Under the pieces are notes generated by a model that saw only the letters and a program-made list of their open reading frames with translations, did not search any database and had not been told where the DNA came from. From contig OX597820.1 of the NCBI GenBank assembly GCA_951406725.2, positions 27,900,001 through 27,964,000 of the forward strand: a stretch of DNA of 64,000 bases, given 5' to 3'. The DNA is from Octopus vulgaris. Its lineage: Eukaryota. Made by a program: the position numbers and the translations under genes. This document shows, one piece after another, positions 55,947-64,000 of the stretch; position 1 is the first letter of the stretch, and every line of letters begins with the position of its first letter.

Positions 55947-56957
55947 GAGAGAGAGAGAAAGAGTATGTGTGTCTGTGTGAGTGTATGTTGTGTGACTATG
56001 TGTGTTTTTTTGTGTGCTTATATATAAGTGGTCAGATATGAGCTGTACATCAGCTACGTTATACGTATGCACATATAGTAAATATATACAGACATATATG
56101 TATGTAAATGGCCTATATATATACATATAGGTATACAGATATTTATATGTAATGTATAACAATATATATATATATAAAGACATCATAATAAATTTAATTA
56201 TCATAACTACTATAATTCACTAATTCGACCCTGTCAATTGAATTATCACTTAATTTTCACACATGTTTAAGTTACTACGTTCAACCTCATAATAATCCTC
56301 CTGAGAATATTTCAAACTCATTCGTCAAATACTTTTTGAAGAGGCGTTTCCTTCTGTAGAAGTTCATATGAATATTCATAATTCTTTTCCAATTTTCTAA
56401 TCGAATATTGATATACTTCACACTATTTTAACAGTTAACACGTTGTTTTATAGCAATATGTTGATCCAATAATTCCTACAGTTTTAGTTCACTGTGATGC
56501 GAAAAAATTTATACACTTGCATTATGCAAAAGTACATAACAGTTTCGAACACCATAAGTCTAGACATCTGAAGATCGGAAAACGAGAATGCATTTAAAGA
56601 CCAAACGATCAGATGATCAATGAATAATTGCTGATGTATAGTAACATGAACTCGAAGAGAAAGTGCATTTCATACAAGCATTGCAACAATAGCGATTATA
56701 TTCTCATACGCACACAGATGCACATACATACGTATATACATACGTAAATGCATACATACATTCATACGTTTATACATACATATATCTCTATATCTGGCAC
56801 TGTTTGCTTTCCTGTCATTCTCCCTTCTCTCTGTAAATACGTATACAAATATACATAAGTATACATACACGCATATATATATACGTACACATACACACAT
56901 ATTTACATCTCTAAGTACCTCATATGTCTGAATGTTTTGCGTTGATGTTCCATTTTG

Positions 56958-57014
<57 letters not shown>

Positions 57015-57174
57015 TAAATGGAGACAAGAAGTGGAACGAACCGACGAATCGAAACGAACCCGACGCGAGGCGAGGTCAGACAATAATGTAATAAATAAAA
57101 AAATATATATGCAGACACACACACACACACACACACTCTCTCTCTCTCTCACACACATATACACACACACATAC

Positions 57175-57274
<100 letters not shown>

Positions 57275-57416
57275 TCCGTAATAATGAAGGGTGAAATTAA
57301 TTAATTTGGAATAATTATCAATTACACCAAGTAGTCTTCGGCATGTAAAAGCCTCGTTCGAGGAAAATTTAAGTAATACTAAGCAATAAAGGGTTTAGCA
57401 ACGAATTGCTTACCAC

Positions 57417-57719
57417 AGACCGAATTTGAAATAGCAGTCAAAGAGTTATAGCTATTTCTTCTACTAAAAGGGAGATCTCAGTAAAAAACACAGCAATTGG
57501 AAGGCAGACACAAACAGGTAGAGAATGAATTGACGGCAATCTATCATACAATTTTAAGTTATCTACGGACGCATTCGAAACGTGCGTCCGTAGATAACTT
57601 AAAATTGTATGATAGATTGCCGTCAATTCATTCTCTTACCTGTTTGTCTAATTGCTTGTTTTTTGAGTCTCCTTTAGTAGAAGAAATAGCTATAATCTTG
57701 ACTGTATTTCTAAATTGTC
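57417..57719. repeat. Long fold-back palindrome (54-bp perfect core, about 150-bp arms)
   Basis: 57520-57573 pairs perfectly with 57583-57636 around loop TTCGAAACG. Confidence 0.92.
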
Positions 57720-57729
57720 ACACACATAT

Positions 57730-57791
<62 letters not shown>

Positions 57792-58472
57792 GAGTCTGAA
57801 AGAGAACACAGGTATAAAGACATAAATGTAACTGTATGGACATACGGAAGCATTCGAATTCTTACGAATATATCAGTATTTGATATTTAATATGATGTTC
57901 CAACCTTGGGAAATATGATTTTCAATAACCGGAATGTACAGCGCGTAAATTTCGAGTAATATCACGAAAATATAATAAGCGACGAGTGAAATGTATAAAT
58001 TTTTGAAGCTGCCATGTTGCCAATTAATCTTAATTTTGAATATACACGGAAGTTCTGAGTTATGTAAATATACAGAACTACAACCAGCCAGAACTATATA
58101 GCAGCTGCACCTGCACACTAACATAAAGGCATTTATACATACACACGTACACACACAAAATAAACACACAGATACACACATACGTATATAAACATACACA
58201 TATGTTATGATTATTATTATTATCATTATTATTGTTGCTGTTATTATAAGTATAAAATAGGCAGACTAAGTGAAACACAGAGGGTTAAGAAGTAGGGTGA
58301 GGAAATGTATACACAATTATATAGATTTTATAAACTACAGCAATAAACGTATATACAAACTATATATATTAATATACATAAATTCGTTCTGTATTCTCAC
58401 ACGGTGAAACGTGTATATAAACATATACGTGTAAAGGTATACACAGACATACACACATGGAATACACACACA

Positions 58473-58533
<61 letters not shown>

Positions 58534-58601
58534 GCATATACATATATGCAGTCCATATATATGCATATATATATATATAAAAATATATAAATATACATAT
58601 T

Positions 58602-58645
<44 letters not shown>

Positions 58646-61639
58646 GACACACTTATATATACATATATATGAATGTATGTATATATATGTATATATATTA
58701 TATATGCATGTATGTGTATATATTTAGCATACACACACACACATATATGTTTAATACATTTGTGTATTTCTATTTACTTACGCATGTTTATAACCATCTG
58801 CAAATATATACACGCTCGTAATATTCATAAATATAATTATGTAAACTGCGATAAATCCGGCCATTAAAGGAGAAGCAATAATCTAAACGTAATTATTAGA
58901 ACATTCTCATAAATTTGGCCATTAAAACGATTCAGTTGCCTTCATGATAGAAAAAAAAGCATAATAGAAAAAACGTGTAACTTTCCAATTATATGAACGG
59001 AACATTCTGTCGGAATGTCTACGTTATATAACGTGATGAATGACTTTGACTATATATGTGTGTATGTGTGAGTGTATATGTGTGCTTGTATAACGGTTGT
59101 TTCTATAATATGTGCAAATATATATATATATATATATATGTTTATATTTTGCTCATACTTACATGCATATATATATATTTATATACATATGAATGTGAGC
59201 ATGTATATGTTTATTTATGTACTGTGTATAGATTTGTATTCATTGGGGCGCCTTCGTTCTGCAACACGACGATTCGCCATATTTTCCCTCAGCCTGACAG
59301 AATAACAGTTTATGCAGACCGTATATACATATGCATATATGCATATATGCGTATACACACACACACACACTTATATATATATATATACATACACACAAAC
59401 AAGCATATATATATACGTACATACACACAAACACACACACACGCACATATATATGCATATATATGTATATATATATATATATATATACATACACACAAAC
59501 AAGCATATATATATATCTATATATACTTGCCAACAGAAATACATACTCGCATACATGCTGTCATCTGCATTTGCAAGCTTACATAACGGTATATTTTAAT
59601 TCTTTCGTCGCTTGCTCAATATTCAGCGGTTAACATGTGATAATTATGCTCGTACATACATTATCATGTGCTGTCATCAAGAACATATTATTGGTATTCC
59701 TCAGTTAACAATTCTAACGTGAGTCCATAATAACTCAGGCACTACCCCTCACACACACGCACACACACATACACGCATCTCTCAGAGATATACTGTTCGT
59801 TATGTGAATAAGGCAATTAATTCGTATAGTTTGTACACCATTTATTACGTAAAGTCGGATGCCAGTCGTGAATAAATGAAAATAAGGTTAGCTATTCAAT
59901 AAAACCTGACGAGCTTCTGACAGTGTTTGGTCCTAATAGGCAAATATTGTGTATGAAAGGAGAAACTAGAGCAGGCTTATAAGTAACCGTATTCTACTCA
60001 TTTATATAGAACACATTTCAGTCTCCAACTAAATTGACTTTCTAACGCAGCTTGATGACTTATATACACAATACATGCATGAACAGCCCTCACTTCAACC
60101 CTTATATTCACTGCGAATGTAGCAACTCATTATCACTGAGGATAATACCTGGTTAAAGCTCATTCATAGCATAGCTAGGATCGCGTCCTCAGAATTAGCC
60201 CTTCTCTTTAGAGCCAGGATATAATTCAATATTAAGGCCCCTTAAGACAGGGCTCGAGTGAACCCACGATACACTACTGTTTCCGCATCTGTGACGGTGC
60301 TGCTCAACGTATTCGGACAATCTGAATCCCAACCACAGTAAGGCCACTCGGCTAATTGCCTATTTATGTCTTTTAGTCTCTGTCTCTATGTACCCGCCCG
60401 TCTATCTATCACTGTTTCTCTCTGATTCTCTGTCTACACACAGCTACACATACGCCTTAACAAGTACGCGTTTTCTTACTTACATCATTCATTTTATTTC
60501 CACCACTAGCCTCATAAAACTCTTCTAGTGCAATGCTTTCAACTGTAGAAACAGTCGTTAGCTACCAAGAATGTTCTTTTGCTATTCATTAATTGATCAT
60601 AATAGATATATATATATAAGTCAAATACTTTTGTTGCTTGTAAAAGAAATCACTACTTGTAAGATTATTACTGCTATTGAACAAAAATAAAGGAAGGAAG
60701 GAAAGGATCTGTAATTTATCTTCAACTGTTGTTGTTAGACCATATTTCATTTTACTAAAAGTTTGTTAAAGATTTGATGAAATATATTTTTAAGAAATGT
60801 TAACCAATGAAATATTGCAGCTGGTTTAAGAAAATGTAGTTGATGTCATTATTTTTGTTCTTGTTCCCAAACACGTTAATCATGATCATACAGTCATGAT
60901 TTACGATTAAACACAGCTATGATTCTCATGTTTTTGGCAAATATATTGTGCGGAAGTTCGCATTAATCATCTTCCTTGATACACTGCACAAATGTCTACA
61001 TTATGTAGATAATTCTTCTCATTTTTAAAGACGAGTATGGTGTTGTTTTCAGAGACACCTTGTTGCTAACTTTTGCAGTTTGACTGGCTGAGTCGATGCT
61101 TCCTCGTTGCCTTTTCTTGGTGGGCCTTTCTTAACTTATTAACTATGGTTTCTCGTGCCTGTGCACATAGCCATGGACACAGAGGTGATGTGTCAAATGG
61201 AATGATATGCTCCCAGTAACTAGTTCCAAATATACAAAAGGCTTAGTAACCAACCAATGTCCAACGTGCAAGCTTACCATTCTGGTTTCTGTGACTTTAA
61301 ATCGAAGGAACATACTATATTCCACATCGCTGAACGAGACCAAAGTTTTTCAAAGGGTTGATACCAATCAACATAATTTTGACAATAGTGGACAGAAGCA
61401 ACGTGAAAGAATGTACTTTAATACAAGGAGGTCATGCATCACCCGGTTCGAGAATCGAACCTGAAATCATTACCAATTAAGACTATGCCAAAGGGTATAC
61501 CACAATTGTTCACGCTGTATACCTCATATTTACGCTAACATGCTTCGGATGTTGTTGTTTCCAACCCAGATGAAGTAGTAAGCATAACAGTATTTTTTGC
61601 GTACCTATGACTAAGTTAATGTGTCGTTTTTATATATGG

Positions 61640-61800
61640 TAGGCACAGGGGTGGCTGTGTGGTAAGAAGCTTGCTTCCCAACTAGGTCGTCTCAGGTTCA
61701 GTCCAACTTCGAGGCAACTTGGACAAGTGTCTTCTATAGCATACGGCCGATCAAAGTCTTGTGATTGGATTTGGTAGACGGAAAATGAAAGCAGCCCGTC

Positions 61801-61844
<44 letters not shown>

Positions 61845-62038
61845 CGGGGTGAGTGGGTGAAACTTTGTGTCTCTGTTTGTCCCCCCATTACCACTTGACA
61901 ACCAGTGTTGGCGTGTTTACGTCCCCGTAACCTAGTGGTTCGGCAAAAGTATTCGATAGAATTAGTACTAGGCTTAAAGAAAAAAATAAGTCGTAGGATC
62001 AATTTAAATGACTGATTCAAGTAAAAGAATAAAGAATA
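61640..62038 (+). mobile_element. SINE family A (decayed)
   Basis: Head, CORE-like segment, (TA)n and tail all present. Confidence 0.85.
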
Positions 62039-62223
62039 AAGTTTATTGGCCCCTTTTTTTAAAATTTAGCATATATTATAATACTACCCCACTTTATGCA
62101 CACCTCACCCCTACACCTCCACTACGCCCCACACCTACCCCATCCTACATTCACATCCCAACCTCCACATCCGCACCCATCCATACCTACCCCTACATCC
62201 CTAAACCAACGCACACCACACAA

Positions 62224-62882
62224 GGTGACAGGTGATGAGAAATGTATTATCTATCGAAATGTTCAGAGAAACCGATCCTGGAGTGAGCGACATGAGCCAC
62301 ACTTAGCCACCCTAAAAGCGGGTCTTCACCCTAAAAAAGTCTTGCTTTGTGTCTTGTGGGATTGGAAAGGAATTCTGTGCTATGAGCTTCTCCCAAGTAA
62401 CCAGACAATTAATTCTGAGAAATACTGCATACAACTGGACAAGTTAAAAGCAGCAATTCAAGAGAAATGTCCAGAATTGGCCAACAGGGAGGGTGTTGTT
62501 CTCTAATACGATAATGCAAGACCGTACATTTCTTTGGGAACCAGACAAAAATTGCTGCAGCTCGGCTGGGATGTGTTACCCCACCCTCCATATTCACCAG
62601 ATATTGCTCCTTCGGATTTCCACTTATTCAGGTCTCTGCAGAATAGTTATAATGGTAAAAATTTCAATTCCTTGGATGACATAAAAAAATACCTTGATGA
62701 ATTCTTTGCCATGAAACCACCTCAATTCTGGGAAGGTGGTATTTTCAAGTTAAAAGAAAGATGGAGACGCATTGTGCAAGAAAATGGTTCATATTAGTTT
62801 GATTAAAAATGTAATGGCAAGTATTTATTGACCTTTTTCTTTCCTTTAAAAATCAGCACGAACTTTCCAGACAACCCAATAT
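62224..62882 (+). mobile_element. 5'-truncated mariner (DD34D) transposon with 3' TIR
   Basis: VTGDEK, HPKKVLLCVLWD, YDNARP, HPPYSPDIAPSDFHLFRSLQN. TIR AAATCAGCACGAACTTTCCAGACAACCCAATA; second TIR copy at 63036-63074. Confidence 0.92.
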
Positions 62883-63655
62883 ATGTATATAATTATTCAG
62901 TTTTATTTCAAGATTTCTTTCCAATAAAGAGTCGGTTTCTAACATAGATCCAGGGCTTATTCATTGAAATTCTAACATTATCAAGAGGGTATTTTTGTAT
63001 GTATGCATGTATATGTGAAGATTAGTATGTTTGGTTTCCTTTAAAAATCGGCACGAACTTTCCGGTCAGCCCTATATATTCATCTAATGAATGATACTGG
63101 GATCATTATGAGTCAACCAATCGACAATGTGACTAACTGAAGTTGACACGAATTTTCTGTTTTTCAAGTGGTGAAACGTGTATATCTGATAACATTTCTC
63201 TGCATTACTTCTGTGTAAAACCAGCTTTTCACTATCGCCTAATATCAGTGAAATATCTTGTTTCGAGACAAACCATAACTAAAATAGATAGTTTAGTTAA
63301 TAGAATATCCAGTAACGTTCTAAAATTATACTGATATTTCTATCTCGGAAATCATTGGTTGGTTTAGTATTTATGTATTATGCAGTGTCAAACAGATGCA
63401 CACAAAATGATGGATATACATTGCACATCATCTAATTTATTTTTATTATATTCGGATCAAATTGATTCTGTCCTATAAATGCAGAGTTATTATATATTTT
63501 GGTATTGTTTCCGAAGAAATCACACTGAAAATATTCAAATATGATTCAACTAGATTTTCTCTAGATGTCGCTGAGGTGAAGCTTGCCGTGTATATTTACT
63601 AAAGTGACACTGTCTCTTTGGAAAGAGGAAGACTGTAATAATGATCAAATGTCAA

Positions 63656-64000
63656 AAGGCGGCGAGCCGGCAGAAACATTAGTACGCCGGGCGAAATGCG
63701 TAGCCGTATTTCGTCTGCTGCTACGTTCTGAGTTCATATAAGTACCAGTTACGCACTGGAGTCGATATAATCGACTTAATCTGTTTGTCTGTCCCTGTTT
63801 GTCTCTTCTATGTTTAGCCCCTTGTGGGTAGTAAAGAAATAGGTATTTCGTCTGTCTTTACGTTCCGATTTCAAATTCCGCCGAGATCGACTTTACCTTT
63901 CATTCTTTCGAGGTCGATAAATTACGTACCAGTTGCGTACTGGGGTCGATCTGATCGACTGTCTCCTCTCCCCCAAAATATCGGGCCTTGTGCCTAGAGT
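63656..64000 (+). mobile_element. Tandem SINE B - SINE B' dimer
   Basis: Junction GTAAAGAAATA|GGTATTTCGTCTG at about 63841, as at 37385-37760. Confidence 0.85.

Overview
AT-rich eukaryotic (animal) intergenic or intronic DNA. It is dominated by (TA)n/(CA)n/(TAA)n microsatellites and transposon debris. The SINE set looks like an octopod cephalopod genome (inference). No intact host protein-coding gene, RNA gene or CRISPR array is evident, and most listed ORFs are microsatellite artefacts. Recognisable elements: four or five tRNA-derived SINE families, several with target-site duplications (TSDs); a near-intact Penelope-like element (PLE, RT plus GIY-YIG, 13155-17682 minus) and other PLE remnants; Tx1/L1-, CR1-, RTE- and R4/Dong-type LINE remnants; mariner and Tc1 remnants; non-autonomous Helitrons. 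The main hidden signal is about ten hammerhead-ribozyme (HHR) motifs in PLE terminal repeats inserted in (TA)n tracts. These include HHRs with much enlarged stem II, a recurrent CUGUUGA core variant, a 1-kb non-coding element bounded by perfect 146-bp inverted repeats that each carry an HHR, and a fold-back palindrome whose apex is a ribozyme half-core. Two SINE families share their 3' tails with LINE remnants in this same window. All alignments and folds were done by eye, so boundaries are approximate.
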